Shown: positions 37,576 to 51,200 of the stretch, one piece after another
Layout of the letters: each line of letters opens with the position of its first letter
Numbering within the stretch: position 1 is the first letter of the stretch
NCBI GenBank assembly: GCA_043228905.1
Contig: JBHGNT010000002.1
Coordinates: 2,232,001-2,296,000 of the forward strand
Source of the DNA: Azolla caroliniana
Lineage: Eukaryota; Plantae; Polypodiophyta
DNA length: 64,000 bases
Direction of reading: 5' to 3'
Position numbers and translations under genes: made by a program
The notes under the pieces: model-generated
What the model saw: only the letters and a program-made list of their open reading frames with translations
Told to the model about the DNA's origin: nothing
Databases searched by the model: none

Positions 37576-39700
37576 ATGAGGGGGTCGGATCTTGCAGAGG
37601 CCATGGCTTCGACCGTGGACCGGATTGTAAACGCGCGCGAGGGCACCGATGCCCTCGACAGAGCCATTGAGGCGGTCGTCGGCACGATCGGCCGGTTCGA
37701 TGGGAAGGATGCCACGAAGTATTTGGCGTCCTACGGTGCAGAGATGCTGATGCGGGACATTCCGGAAGAAAGGCGTCTTGCCGGATTTCCCCGAGTGGCG
37801 ATGCCGAGCATCCATGGAGGTGCTCGAGGTGCGGGTGGAGAGCCGTACCTGGGAGGAGTTCGAAGGTCGGCTCCTAGAGAAATACGGGCTGGACGACGCG
37901 CTCCGGCTTTCGAAGCGAAGGTTCATGGAATGGGTGGAGTCCCCGGGGAAGGGAAGAAACGTGTCGGCACTCCTCCGGGAGTTCGAGGAAAACTTTGCGC
38001 GCCTTTCGGCGCTCGACCGAACCATCCTGGACACGAGCCGGGTCTTGCTGTTTGTCAAGTCGGTCGACGAGCGGGATCGGGAGCAAGTGGGCCTCTTGCT
38101 GGAAACCGAAGACGGGCTCACTACCGACTGGGCGGCTGTCAAGAAAGTCTGTGGCCGTTTCGACAAACGGCGAGAATGGGCGGATAACGGGGCAACCGGG
38201 TCGGGCTCGGTCGCAGCAAGGAAGCTCGAACCAGCGCCACAGGTGCGAAAGGAAGAGACCCGAGAGTGGTTGGAAACCGGTTCGGCTTCGACCGGCGTAG
38301 TCGGAGGCTCAACCGGAGGAGCGGCGTTGGAGGAACTGACGAGGGCGATAAAGGACCTCCAAATCGCGCAAGCCCGAAGGGAAGGTGGCGAACCGGCTCG
38401 TGACCGACGGCCGGCGGCAAGAAACAGGTGCATGTGGTGCGATGAAGTCGGCCACATTCGGAAGGACTGCGGCGACTTCGCGGAGGCGCTGAGGAACAGG
38501 GTGGTGTACCTGTGGGAAGGACGGGTGCATGCCAGCGACACCCGAAGGGCCCTGAGCCGAAACGACAGGCGAGGTGGTATGAAAAGGTTGATGGAAGAGG
38601 CGGCGGCCCGACACGCGGAAACCGTCCACTACTCGGCGTCGGCCGGCATTCGAGTCGGGGGCGGCGAGGCCCGAAGGGAAAGCAAAGCCGGATTCTGGCC
38701 GACGATGCTGGAAGGCCTTGCCGGTGCAAGGCTTAAAAGGGAGGATTCGGACCGTGCGGAGAAACGGGTACGGGAGATGACCGGGTGGAGCGACCCGGTC
38801 GAGGAAAAGACGGGCTTCGTGGAAGCCGCTTGCCAGAACTACGAGGCTCTGGTAGAAGAGAAGCGGGTGGGGAAACCTGGGACGACCGGGCCCTCACAAC
38901 GATACGAGACCCGGTCCGGGCCACGACGGGACGAAGCCGGCGGGGCCGGTACGCAAGATAAACCCCAGAAGGGCGGGTACCGTCTGGGGACGGAGATAGA
39001 AAGGACCACGGACTTACGAAAGGTCTTGGAGGAACGGATCCTCGACAGCAAGGTGGAGCTGTCGTTACGAGAGGTGCTGGGAATCGCCAAGAAGGAGTTC
39101 CACGACTCCATCGTGGACTTGGTGAAACGGAAGAGGCTGTCAACGGAGACAGAACCGGAAAGACCGGTGGAAGTGCGGACGACGCACCTAGACGACATGG
39201 CGCTGGGAGACGAGTGGGCGGAAAGCCACTATTCGAGACCACACTGGGCCCGAGCGACCACGGAAACCCCGGTGAAGATCGGCGATGTCCAGGAACCGGT
39301 GATAGCTTTGGTGGACCACGGATCGGAGATCAATTTGATGTCCATGGACTTCTATAAGAAGGGCAAATGGCTGATCAACACCAAGCACGGGTGGAAAATA
39401 AGGGCATCAACGCGCGCCACCGAGGAACTGCACGGGGCCTGTCCGAATGTGCGAGTCAAGATCGAAGACGTCGAGATTGACCAGCACTTCTTCGTGCAGG
39501 AGACGTCTTCGCATCCGGTCATACTGGGAGAGCCGTACATCACGGCGGCGCGAATGGAGAGCAAGGTGCTGGACAATGGTTCGGCCTACGCGAGGGTCAA
39601 AAGCCAAGACGGGCGCCATTCGGTCCAGTTTCTAACGGTACAGCCGAACCACGAACGTAACCGCGACTCCCTCGGTACCGAAAACCGAGAGGATTTTTAG
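37576..39700 (+). pseudogene. gag: I Gag-protease (2-nt deletion near 37815)
   Basis: N-terminus is in the ORF 37333 frame and the rest in ORF 37778-39700; compare copy M. Confidence 0.88.
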
Positions 39701-42700
39701 AGAGGACTGCCAAGGCGTGGGGCCGCGACAGTCCGGATGCTCCGGGAAAACCCCACATCTGTACGATAATACCGTGTACAATAGGTAGGAAAATTTGCTT
39801 CTTCGACAGTGGAGCATGTACGATGGTCGGCATCGCCGGCCGAGAGAAAACAAAGGCGGAGGGGAGACTTCGAGCGTGCGGAGTTCTCGGCCCTGACGAA
39901 GAAATCAACGGAGCCGTGGAGGCAGTCTCCTTCGACGACACCTTGGGAATGCTGGGGAAGGTAGTCAAAGGAGACCTTAACGAAGACCGGACGATACCGG
40001 TATATTCCGAAGAAATGTACGAAGTCATCGCGGACTTCGGTCGAGGGCTCGAGTCGGAACGGACGGCCCGAGTTAGCACCAAGTACAAGACTGTGGACCG
40101 GAAGGTGAGGCCAGTTGCGGCGCCCTTACCGGAGGGCAGCGAATCCCGAATCAAAGGGGTTGCATCGGACCCCAGCTTACGAGATCCGGCCTGCATAGGA
40201 CACACCTTCACCAACGGGACGCTCCGGGAGCTCAAAATCGGTGGGGGCGGGTTCCTACTACCGTCGGAGGAAGACCGGTTTCGGAGAATGCTCGGAAGGC
40301 ACGGGAAAGCCTTCGCATTCTCACCGGAGGAAATCGGGTGCGTAAACCTGACGATCGTAGAGCCGATGGTGATATTCACGGTACCGCATGTACCGTGGAA
40401 TCTCAAGCCAATTCCGGTTCCGAGGGCTCACATCCCGAAGTTGATGGAGCTGTTGAAGCAGAAAGTTGATATGGGCATTCTCGAGCCGTCGAGCGCCCCG
40501 TATTCAAACCGATGGTTTACCGTACCAAAGAAAAACGGATCGTTGCGCTTCATTCAGGACCTGCAGCCGGTCAATAGAGTGACCATTCGGAACGCAGGGA
40601 TCGGACCGACCATAGACGAGTTCGCGGAGGCCTTCGCCGGAAGGTCGATTTACCCGGTCGGTGATCTATACTCAGGGTACGACCAGTTCCAGCTAGCCGT
40701 GGAGAGCAGAGACATTACGACGATGCGAACTCCCCTCGGCCTAGTGCGGATGTGTACACTGCCGCAAGGAGGGACCAACTCGGTGGCCCACATGGTGAAT
40801 GCAATGAACAAGGTACTGAGGGATTGCATCCCGGACATCACCATGCCATTTCTAGACGACATCCCGATCAAGGGGTGCCCGGTGGAAGAGAAGGATGCAA
40901 CACTCGGACCGGACGGATGCCGGCGATTCGTGGCAACTCACATCGACGACTGCGAGAAGGTGCTGCAAAGGCTAGAGGATGCGAGGCTCACCTTCTCGGG
41001 GGAGAAGTCAGCCTTCGGGCAGTCGGAAATCATGGTGGTCGGACATTTATGTGGACCATATGGCCGGAAACCGTCTCCGGCAAAGGTAGAAGCTATCTCC
41101 GCGATGAAGCCTGATTGCAGCTCGGTCACGGAAGTACGAAGATTCTTGGGAGCATGCGCCTTCTACCACATATGGATCCCGCATTACGCGCACGTCGCGG
41201 AGCCGCTGTACGGATTATTGAAGAAAGGGCGAAGATTCGAATGGCTAGACAAGCACACGGAGTCGGTCCGGAAGCTGAAGGAGGCTCTTTCGGCAGCACC
41301 GGCGCTCCGAAAGGCCGTCTACAGGAAGGGCACCCCAGTGTGCATAACGGTTGACACGAGTCCGACCGGAATCGGGTGGGTCGTCAACCAAGAAGACGAG
41401 GACGGCAATCGGTTTCCGATCCGATTCGGCGCGAAGGTCCTCAGTGAGCGGCAGCGAGGATACGCCCAGGTTAAACGCGAACTCTGGGGTATCGTTTCGG
41501 CGGTGAAGGCCGACAAGGACTATCTGATCGGGACAGAGGTAATCATAGAGACGGATTGCATGCCGATTCTCGGCATGGTTTCCGGATGCGCGACGCCGGA
41601 CCTGGCAATGCTCAGGTGGATAGCGTACATCAAGTCCCTGGACCCGGAAATACGACACATCTCCGGGAAAGACAACGCCATGGCCGACATGCTTTCAAGG
41701 GCGAGATTCGATGACGAGGGCGGCATGGTTTCGGAGGACGAAGAGGTCGGCGTGGACTTCTTCGAGACTGCGTATGTAACAACCAACGGAACAAGCACTC
41801 CGGCGCTTAACGACTTCGACGCGAGCAAGTACGACGGGGAGTGGTTGCGGATCGGTGGGTTTTTGAAGACAATGACGCCCGATGCGTCATGGACGAAGGA
41901 CGAGGCCAACCGGATCCGGAAGAAAGCGTACCGGTTCTTTCTCCGGGATGGATACTTGTGGAAGCACCCGAAGAAGAGGAACGGCGTCCCGCTCCGGGTG
42001 GTGGCAATGAAGGAAGATCGGGAGGAGCTGCTAGCGGCCTACCACGACAGCCCTTGGGCTGGACACCGTGGAACATGGGCTACGTTTGAGAAACTGAAGG
42101 GGAAGTATTGGTGGCCGGGGCAGTACCAGGACGTGCATCGGTTCGTGACAACTTGCGAGAGCTGCCAGATGCACTCCGTAGTCCGACATCGAGACGAGCT
42201 TCACCCTACGTACCCTCCGGCCATCCATTTCAAATGGATGGTAGATTTGGTAACGATGCCGATGGGAGTAGGACAGATGCGGTACCTGGTCCTAGCGCGG
42301 GAGGATCTGACGAACCAGGTGGAAGGCCGGGCCCTTCCGAACAAAGCGACCGCGGCCGTATGTCGGTTCCTAATCGAGGACGTGATATGCCGGTACGGGT
42401 GCGTCGGGAAGATCGTGGCTGACCGAGGGGAGTTGGACGCCGAAAAAGCCGCGGAGCTGTTCGACCGGCTGGGAGTCAAGCTCTCGCTCACCACTGCGTA
42501 CAATCCGGAGGCGAATGGAAAGGTGGAGCGCGGACACGGACCGATCGTCAAGGCGCTGGTTCGAGCATGCGGAGGCCAAGTCGGTAACTGGCCGCGGCTG
42601 CTACCTTATGCTTTGTGGGCAGACCGGACCACGCACAGTTCGGTAACCGGGTACATGCCGACGGAGCTCATGTTCGGCCAGAAGCCGATCATGCCGATGG

Positions 42701-43143
42701 AACGGACGATCTCCTCATGGGCAACGGTCGACTGGAGGGACGAGATGAGCCGGGAGGAGTTGTTGGCCGCGCGTATACGACAGCTCGAGCGGAGACCGGA
42801 GGACGTGGAACTGGCTGCGGGGAAGCTCCGGGTGGTGAGGACAAAGAACAAAGCCAGGTTCGACCGAACGCACCGGCTCCGACCGAAGAAAATCGAAGAA
42901 GGTGACTGGGTGCTCGTCTACGACAGCAGCCTCGACAACCATCACCGAGCTACACGGAAGTTCGCACGAAGGTGGTTCGGGCCTTACGTGGTACGGAGCG
43001 CCAATGACAACGGGACATATCACCTGGCGGAACTAGATGGCACGAGAATGGCGATACCGGTTGCAGGGAAGCGGATCAAAGCGTTCAAGAAGCGACACGA
43101 CGACGAGCCAGACCCGGCTCTCCTAGTCAACAGTGACGAATGA
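39691..43143 (+). CDS. pol: I Pol (RT-RH-IN), open, in the -1 frame relative to gag
   Basis: 1106-aa ORF; frame is open upstream to the GGATTTT site. Confidence 0.92.
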   Translation, partial: GFLERTAKAWGRDSPDAPGKPHICTIIPCTIGRKICFFDSGACTMVGIAGREKTKAEGRLRACGVLGPDEEINGAVEAVSFDDTLGMLGKVVKGDLNEDRTIPVYSEEMYEVIADFGRGLESERTARVSTKYKTVDRKVRPVAAPLPEGSESRIKGVASDPSLRDPACIGHTFTNGTLRELKIGGGGFLLPSEEDRFRRMLGRHGKAFAFSPEEIGCVNLTIVEPMVIFTVPHVPWNLKPIPVPRAHIPKLMELLKQKVDMGILEPSSAPYSNRWFTVPKKNGSLRFIQDLQPVNRVTIRNAGIGPTIDEFAEAFAGRSIYPVGDLYSGYDQFQLAVESRDITTMRTPLGLVRMCTLPQGGTNSVAHMVNAMNKVLRDCIPDITMPFLDDIPIKGCPVEEKDATLGPDGCRRFVATHIDDCEKVLQRLEDARLTFSGEKSAFGQSEIMVVGHLCGPYGRKPSPAKVEAISAMKPDCSSVTEVRRFLGACAFYHIWIPHYAHVAEPLYGLLKKGRRFEWLDKHTESVRKLKEALSAAPALRKAVYRKGTPVCITVDTSPTGIGWVVNQEDEDGNRFPIRFGAKVLSERQRGYAQVKRELWGIVSAVKADKDYLIGTEVIIETDCMPILGMVSGCATPDLAMLRWIAYIKSLDPEIRHISGKDNAMADMLSRARFDDEGGMVSEDEEVGVDFFETAYVTTNGTSTPALNDFDASKYDGEWLRIGGFLKTMTPDASWTKDEANRIRKKAYRFFLRDGYLWKHPKKRNGVPLRVVAMKEDREELLAAYHDSPWAGHRGTWATFEKLKGKYWWPGQYQDVHRFVTTCESCQMHSVVRHRDELHPTYPPAIHFKWMVDLVTMPMGVGQMRYLVLAREDLTNQVEGRALPNKATAAVCRFLIEDVICRYGCVGKIVADRGELDAEKAAELFDRLGVKLSLTTAYNPEANGKVERGHGPIVKALVRACGGQVGNWPRLLPYALWADRTTHSSVTGYMPTELMFGQKPIMPMERTISSWATVDWRDEMSREELLAARIRQLERRPEDVELAAGKLRVVRTKNKARFDRTHRLRPKKIEEGDWVLVYDSSLDNHHRATRKFARRWFGPYVVRSANDNGTYHLAELDGTRMAIPVAGKRIKAFKKRHDDEPDPALLVNSDE

Positions 43144-44529
43144 TCCGAAAACGAGGAAGAACCGACGGGCGAGGAATGAAGACGGGCCGGTTTTCTCCGT
43201 CCCGACCCTCTTGGCGCATACCAGAGGATGCGCGGTTAGGTGGGGGCGGATGTCGTGAAGAAAACCGTCCATAGGCGGAATCGGCGAACCAAGGCGTGGG
43301 AACCGGTTCTTCACGCGCGCACGCTCCAAGTTGTACATAGAAGCGAATTAGGAGGATAATCGGCAGGAACGGGCCCTAACTCAAGTGGAGACAAAGACCG
43401 CGCGAACAGTCTTTTCGGTCGCGCGCGCGAACTGTACGAGTCGGCGGCGTAACTACGCGGATGCGTGAAAGACGGAGCGGATCCCTGTCCAAATGGGACA
43501 GGGAATAAAGCTGACACGACGGCCTGCTCGTCGGCCTATATAAGGAGCAGGAAAGAGCTGTTGCAGGGATCTCGCGCAGAGAGGACGAAGTGCTGTCGGA
43601 CCGTTTCTGGACGCTTCTTTCTCTGTTTCCTTCCTTCTTGAGCTCCATAGCTTTTCTGTGCAGGGTTCCGAGGAGGTTCGCGCTGTTTCGAGGAACGCCC
43701 GAGTGCTTCTGGCAGCACCTCCGACCTGCTACCCCTTTGTGCGTCGAAGCGAACAAGCATCGGCATCTGTTCGCCGGCCTGTTCGGTTGTAGCCAACCTG
43801 TGCCCCATCGAGGGTTGTAGTCGTGTTAGCCATTTTTGTTCCTATACATATTAGTCAATCGCATCTGTCTGTGTCGGTGTCTGTTCGCGTTCTCCGTGCT
43901 GAAGGGCCGTGTCCCTGTGTATCCCCGGTCCTGCGTAGCCGGTTCTCTCTCTTTCTCCTCCCTCGCTTGCTCTTTGGTTCGAGACCCCCGCGGTCCCGCC
44001 TCGTTTCCACACGCACTTGCGAAATATCTAGACAACGGTCCGGTCAAGCACCGAGAGGCGCGCGAAGCGTTCCTCAAACTCCCGAAGGAGCACTGACACG
44101 TTCCTTCCTTTGTCGGGGGTCTCCACCCACTCCATGAAGTCCCGCTTCGAAAGTCGAAGCGCATCTTCAATCCCGTATCTTTCGAGGAGCCGACCTTCGA
44201 ACTCCTCCCAGGTCCGGCTCTCGGCCCGTACCTCGAGCACCTCCGTATGGATACCCGGCATCGCCACTCGAGGGAACCCGGCTAGACGCCTCTCTTCCGG
44301 AATGTCCCTCATTACCATCTCAGCCCAGTAGGACGCCAAGTAGCTTGTGGCATCCTTTCCACTAGACCGGCCGATCGTACCGACAACCGCCTCAATAGCC
44401 CTATCAAGGGCGCCAGTGCCTTCGCGCGCACTCACTATACGGTCTACAGCCGAAGCCATGGCTTCTACAAGGTCCGACCCCTTCATCTTCTACTCCTCTG
44501 CCGCCTGTTCACGTCGGGTTCACCAAATA

Positions 44530-44609
44530 TGTCGCGTTGTTACGCGCGTGCGTGGAGAACAAGGTGGGACCACTGGGGTCTTGGACCGAGGAATAGGTGA
44601 GAAGAGGGA

Positions 44610-44676
<67 letters not shown>

Positions 44677-45247
44677 GCTCACACATGTATAGACCGAGAA
44701 GTGCACGGGGACGCGGCCCAACAACACAGGAGACACGAGTTGAGAACACTAGCGTATGTATATAAATGTATGCAGATGACTCGAACGGTTACAGCCGACC
44801 AAGTCGGCGAGGTGGATGCCGACGCCTGATCACCCACGCACACAGGAGATCAAGATGGAGATCCTGCCGGAAGCACACGGGCGTTCCACGGAGCAGGATC
44901 AGCCTCCTGAGAACCTGCGCAAAAGAAAGCTATGGAGAATGACAAAGAAGAAGAGCTCGGTCCCAGTCCGACAACACTTCGTCCCCTCTAGCGCGCGATC
45001 CCTTCTCTCCCCGTCTCCCTCTCTTTTATAGCTCAAGGAGGGAGGCCGCCTTGCCCGTTTACATTACATTAATTCTCTGTCCTTTCGGACAGAGATACTC
45101 CTCGATTCTCCCTATAGAATATTGCTACCTAGGATCTGACCTTTGTGCCTACCTATCTACTGTACCACAAGGGGCGTGCCCACGTGTAAGGGCCGGTTTA
45201 CACACGCTATACACGGTTTGCGCCTGGGGACAATTTTCTTCACGACA
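44530..45247 (-). repeat. 5' LTR of E
   Basis: Adjacent to the Trp PBS; repeat of 15348-16022. Confidence 0.92.
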
Positions 45248-46959
45248 CCGTGAAGATCACCATCGGTTCGACAATCGTCGGGTCCACGCACCCGATCTCC
45301 TCCGGCGAGAACGCGAAGGCTTTCCCATGCCTTCCGAGCATTCTCCGAAACCTGTCCTCCTCCGCCGGCAGTAGAAAGCCACCCCCACCGACCTTGAGGT
45401 CCCGTAGCATTATGTCGGTGAACCGGTGCCCTATGCAAGCCGGATTCCGTAAACTTGGGTCTGACGCGACCCCTTTTATCCACTCCCCGCTACCCTATGG
45501 CAAGGGTGCTGTGACTATCCTCACCTTCCGGTCCACAGTCTTGTACTTTGTATCCACGTGGGCCGTCCGATCCGACCCGATCCTTTCCCCGAAGTCCGCG
45601 ATGACTGCGTATATTCCCATCGAACTAACCGGAACGGTCCGGTCTTCTCTAAGGTCTTCACCGATCACCTTTCGTAACTCGCCCAAGGTGTCGTCAAAAG
45701 AGACCGCCTCCACGGCGCCGCTGATTTCTTCGTCGGGGGAGAGGACTCTGTATCCCCTGAGCCGCTCCTCCACTCGCTTCCTCTCCCGGCCGCTGACGCC
45801 GGCTATAGTACAACCTCCATTTTCGGAGAACCAAAACTTCCTACCTACTGTACATGTGTGGGGGTCTTCCGGTACGTCCGGACTACCGTGGCCCCACGCC
45901 TTGATAGCCCTTTCTAAAAATCCCCTCGGTTGTCGCCGCCGAGGGTCTCGCGATTCCTCTCATGGTCCGGACGTACGGTCATGAACTAGACGGAATGCCG
46001 ACCGTCTTGGCTCTTGACGCGCGCGTACGCTGAACCGCAGAGGTACGAGACTGTTATGTACACATAACGTTGGTGAGGGTAGGTCACTAATATTTACATT
46101 AGTGAAGGGTATGTTCACTATTATTAAAAAGGGGACTAATGATTGGATAGAATGAATAATATGTGCATGCACTATCATGATTTAGACAACCAATGAATAG
46201 AGAGCCTTTTAGAAAGGCACATCTATTCAAGGGGCCTAGGAAAAGGTATAAATATGAGGCTTAGCTACCCTCATAGAGATCATCACGTCGGAAGGCTGCT
46301 GTCGTAGACACCGGTGGTGCGGGCTAGGCTTTCGTCTCGACGATCGTGTTTATCTCTTCCAAGGTATTAGTCATCCTAATATCCGGCGGTATGGGACGTC
46401 AGTGGTAGGTTGGCTATGTCTAGATCATAGCTCGGGGGTGGTCGGGTGGAACGGGTTCTTCTATCCAATCTATTTTCTTCCTTTTTACTTGATTTGGTCT
46501 ATTGATTAGTAATAGACTCTTAACAGTGGTATCAGAGCTTTTACTAACAATTTTTTTGTTGTTTTGATGTTTTTTGCGTGTGAGCGAGGGGGATCTAACA
46601 AGGCTCGTCATGCTCTTCTCAGGATCAAAACAACACTCTAAACCCGGTATTCTTCTTTTTTGATCTCTTCTCTTTTTCTATTATGCATTCTTTATGGTCG
46701 AATCAAATTGGTATTACGTTTTATTCTCTTTCTTTCTACCTCCTACTACGCTACGATTTTACTTATTATTATGCATCGGGCCGAGCGTGTTTGCACTAAT
46801 CGCACACGCTCAACTCATGGCCTTTTGCATATTGCGATATATATCCCACTCTCTCCTCTCTTGAACTCTTACGATAATAATTATTCTTGTGCATTGGGTC
46901 GAGCGTGTTTGCTCTAATTGCACACGCTTATCTCATGGCCGTTTTGCATATGATGTTGA

Positions 46960-47290
46960 GTATACCACTCTTCCCCTCTATTGAGCCATCACTTGGCCGA
47001 TTCTAAGGGATGATGTGGCCTTGACGAGGTGTATGTTGCCTACCTATGCCACTCTACTCTCTATTAAGCCATCAATTGGCCGATTCTATGGGATGTTGTG
47101 GCCTTGACAAGGTATATGTAGCTTACATATGCCACTTTCCTTTTTAATTAGCCATCAATTGGCCGATTCTAAGGGATGATGTGGCCTTGACGAGGTATAT
47201 GTCACTTACCTATGCCACTTTCCTCTTTAATTAGCCATTACTTGGCCGATTCTAGGGATATGTGGTGGTCTTGAGGAGGTGCATGTCAAC
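46960..47290 (+). repeat. Tandem repeat of about 83 bp, about 4 copies, in the K leader
   Basis: Recurring gccatcaattggccgattctaagggatgatgtggccttgac core. Confidence 0.85.
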
Positions 47291-48279
47291 TACCCTAGGG
47301 TTTCGTATCTTAGGGCATGTTTGATTCCATACACCTAATTGTTGATTATTCTAATTAAATTTTAATTTCATAAGTATTGTTTCACTTATATGATTTTCTA
47401 GTAATTATTATTTACCCGCCCACAATTAACTCTCCTTTTTCCACTTCCTTTTCATGTATAAAGTATTTACATCGTTTATTTTTAATGTAACCTTTACGTG
47501 TAGACTACTTTTTTCGTATGGAGTGGCTTGTTGAACGATTTTTTTTCAACGGGTCATCTAGGTTTAACTCTTATCATCAAGCCTTAGAAAACGAGTAAAA
47601 CCATATGAGTTCCCTTATTGATGTTTTACTCATGGATTTGAGTATTACATCTTTGCGCACAACACCGTCATCACTTGTATCAATTTGTGGCTTATGTCAC
47701 AATTGTGCAAGTTATAACAATCATATTGGGATGTATATGTGCATACCTTGCACTTCCCATTTATTTGTGACATTGTTTTTTTCGTAGGTAACACATGGGT
47801 TCTTTTTTTTTTACCCTTGTTTTCGTCACTACTTAACTCTTATGAGTAGTGCCTTATTTTATCATTTTATCATCACGTTTGCTTATTGCTCGCAAGACTA
47901 GAATATTACTTGTGAGTGCACTTGTTTTTCACGTAATACACTTTCTCGACCATATAATACATGATGGGTTGGCATTAATATAAGGCTATCTAGGAAATTT
48001 CATTGATGTAAGAACCATGGTTGAGCCTCGGGGAGCCGCCATGATTACTCAAGATAGAGATCCGAGAAATACATCTTAGCTATGTTTTCCCCCATGGTTT
48101 TTAAAACACCATAGTATTACCATAGTTATCGGATCTCGAATCACATCTCATATGTCTAGAGGGGTAAAGACATGAGATACTTTCTTGGATAAAGTTCTTT
48201 CAATCAAAATTTCAAGCATTTATTTTGCTTGTGTATTTTCTGAACCTCCTTATTTTATTGCATACCCACAACGTGCATC

Positions 48280-51200
48280 ATGGAACAAGTTTTGAACGCA
48301 GTTGGAACGATCTCTCCAAATGAGACCTCTCAACCCCAATCCGCATCTCGCACACAAGCTGAGATCACTATTGAGCAATTGCTCACTACTACCTTGAATC
48401 AATTGGCCGAAATGAGACAGGCCAATATGGCATTGGAAAAGAAATTCCAAGAATTAACTATTGAGTCCAAGAAAGAAGGTGAACCTTCCTTCGTAGTCAC
48501 GCCTTTCAAGGGAGATAATAAAGAAAGAACCGAGGAGGCTATTAGCACTTGGCTTGGTCGTTGGGAGTCTCACTTTGAGCTTCATCCCAAGCCTGATGCA
48601 GTAAAAATTGGTTATGTCGGTCGTGAGTTAGGTGGCCGAGCTGCTGCTTGGTGGCGTGGCCTAAGGACCGCAAAAAACTTACCCACAACTTGGGAAGGTT
48701 TCGTTGATGTTTTTAAGAAACAATTCTTGCAGCCACCTTCTCAAACCGAACAAGTGCAACACTTGCTCACATTGTCTAGTAAGCCATTTACCTCTCTCGA
48801 GGATTATGTGCATCACGCTCGGACCCAGATCCAAAAATCGGGACTTACGGGTGAGAAATGGTTTGTCGCTTGTTTTTTGAATGGTATTCCCAATGGGGAT
48901 TATCATTGGATTGTCCATGACAAGGACCCCACAACTTTCGAGGAAGCCGTCAACATTGTGCTGCGATACCATAGGACTTCCAAGAAAGACCACAATAAAC
49001 CTGAGTTCGCCAAAACTCCGAATGTCAAGTTCATTGGGAAACGTAAGCAATCCAGTGACACTCTTGACTGCGACTCAAAGAAACGGAACCTCTTCTGTGC
49101 ATATTGCAAGAAGCGGGGCCACACAAAGGATACCTGTCGTCGTCTTGAGAGGAAGTCAATGAACACCCCTCCTCAAGACAAATCTACGAGTCACACAGGT
49201 GAGTCTTTTGATATTGTTGAAGTTCATACCAATCACTTAAGTTTATGTGAATGCACTTTTCCTTCACATTTACTTGGACCTAATGATTTACTCCGAGCAG
49301 TCGGATATATCAATGGAACACAAGCACATTTCTTGTTTGATTCCAGTAGTTCTCACAATTTTCTTAATGATCACTTTGTGCAGCAAATGGAGCTCCACAT
49401 AAACGCAAGTGATCATATCTATCAAGTTCACATGGCAAATGGAAACGTTCAATACATCAGTGGCATTGTTTGTCAACTGCCAATTCAAATAGATACTTAT
49501 TTGGAGAAGCTTGACTTTCATGTTATGAAATTACAATCCGCAGATGTCATTTTAGGATATCCTTGGTTTTTTAATAAAAACCCTTCTTTGTCCATTGATT
49601 GGGTTAATCACTCAATCACATTTGAACTTAATAATTGTAAACATTTTATTCAATGTTCCAAACTTCCTTCTCATTCACTTGTGTCTTCTAAATCTTTAAG
49701 TGAGTATTCTAGTTCATTAATTTATTCGTGTGTAATTGATCCTGCGGTTCAATTTTATTATTTTAATATTGACGCCACACAATTACCACATTTTGAGCAA
49801 CGATTACTCGACTCTATTTTAGAGGATTTTCAAGATGTGTTTCCTACTGAATTACCGCTTACTTTACCACCTAAACGTAATGTGGACCATCAAATTGAAC
49901 TCATCCCTAGGGCTGCTCCTGTGAGCATTCCACCTTACCGACTTAGTCGATTAGAAGAGGATGAGATCGCTAAACAACTTAAGGAATACTTGAGTATGGG
50001 CCACATTAGGTATAGTAAATCACCTTGGGGTGCGCCAGTTCTATTAGTCAAGAAGGAAGGTTCGTGGCGAATGTGTATCAATTATCGCCGTTTGAATAAA
50101 ATGACAATTAAGAATGCATATCCATTACCTCGTGCCGATGATTTGATTGATCGTTTGCACGGGGCTCGATATTTTACGAAAATTGACTTACGAACTGGTT
50201 ATCATCAGATTCGCATCACCGAGGATGATATTCCTAAAACCGCTTTTCGTACGCGCTATGGCCATTATGAGTTTTTAGTCATGCCATTTGGGTTGACTAA
50301 TGCTCCAGCCACATTCCAACAAGCGATGAATGATGTTTTCCGAGATCAACTCGGTGATTTTGTTGTCATCTTCTTGGATGATATTTTGATATATAGCCGT
50401 ACCTTGCAAGATCATGTTCAACATGTTCGATTTGTTTTGCGAAAGTTGCGTGACAACTCTTTCTATGCAAAACATTCAAAATGTGACTTCTTCCAAAAAT
50501 CTATTGTGTACCTAGGTCATTTAATTACAGAAAATGGCGTTGAAATTGAACCTTCTCATATTGAAAAGGTTAAACTTTGGCCCATTCCTCGTAATATTCG
50601 TGAACTTAGATCATTCTTAGCGTTTGTTGGATTTTTACGAAAATCAATTCGTAACTATTCCAAATTGACTACGCCATTAACTGACCTTTTAAAAGGTCAT
50701 CCACGTAAGTCTGTCAAACCAATTTCATGGAATGAACAACTTGACAAATCATTTGAGACACTCAAGGAGCATGTGTGTCAGGCTCCCACTCTTCTATTAC
50801 CAGACCCTTCTAAGCCTTTCTCAATTGAAACCGATGATAGTGATTATGCTATTGGTGCCGTTCTTTATCAAGGTGGTCACCCTATTGCTTTTGAAAGTAA
50901 GAAGCTTGATGCTGCTCAATCTCGGTATTCGGTTCAAGAGAAAGAGTTGTTTGCGGTGATACACGCACTTAAAACATGGAGGCACTATCTCTATGGAAAT
51001 AAATTTATGGTTACAACAAACCATCAATCATTAAAGTATTTTTGTGACCAGCCCGATCTTGTTGGTCGTAAAGGCCGTTGGGCTGACCTTATGCAAGATT
51101 TTGATTTTTCCATACGATATCGCAAGGGTTCTATGAACACCGTTGCTGATGCTCTTAGTCGCATTAAAGAAGTTAACATGCTTAGCTTCACGGAAATAAA

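Larger units (their letters stand above)
36748..44034 (+). mobile_element. Trp-primed Gypsy copy I, full length
   Basis: 784-bp LTRs 36748-37531 and 43251-44034; PBS 37536-37553; PPT before 43251; TSD ACGG at 36744-36747 and 44035-44038. Confidence 0.96.
15348..45247 (-). mobile_element. Trp-primed Gypsy copy E (degenerate; hosts F, G, H, I)
   Basis: LTRs 15348-16022 and 44530-45247; PBS 44508-44525; PPT 16023-16033; TSD CCGT at 15344-15347 and 45248-45251; internal pieces 16023-16654, 24424-25003, 32830-36747 and 44035-44507 join colinearly. Confidence 0.92.

Noticed and set aside
46960-47290. Possible CRISPR-like arrays (also 1400-1570 and 56364-56583)
   Set aside because: Whole units repeat with no unique spacers, no cas genes, and a eukaryotic retroelement context.
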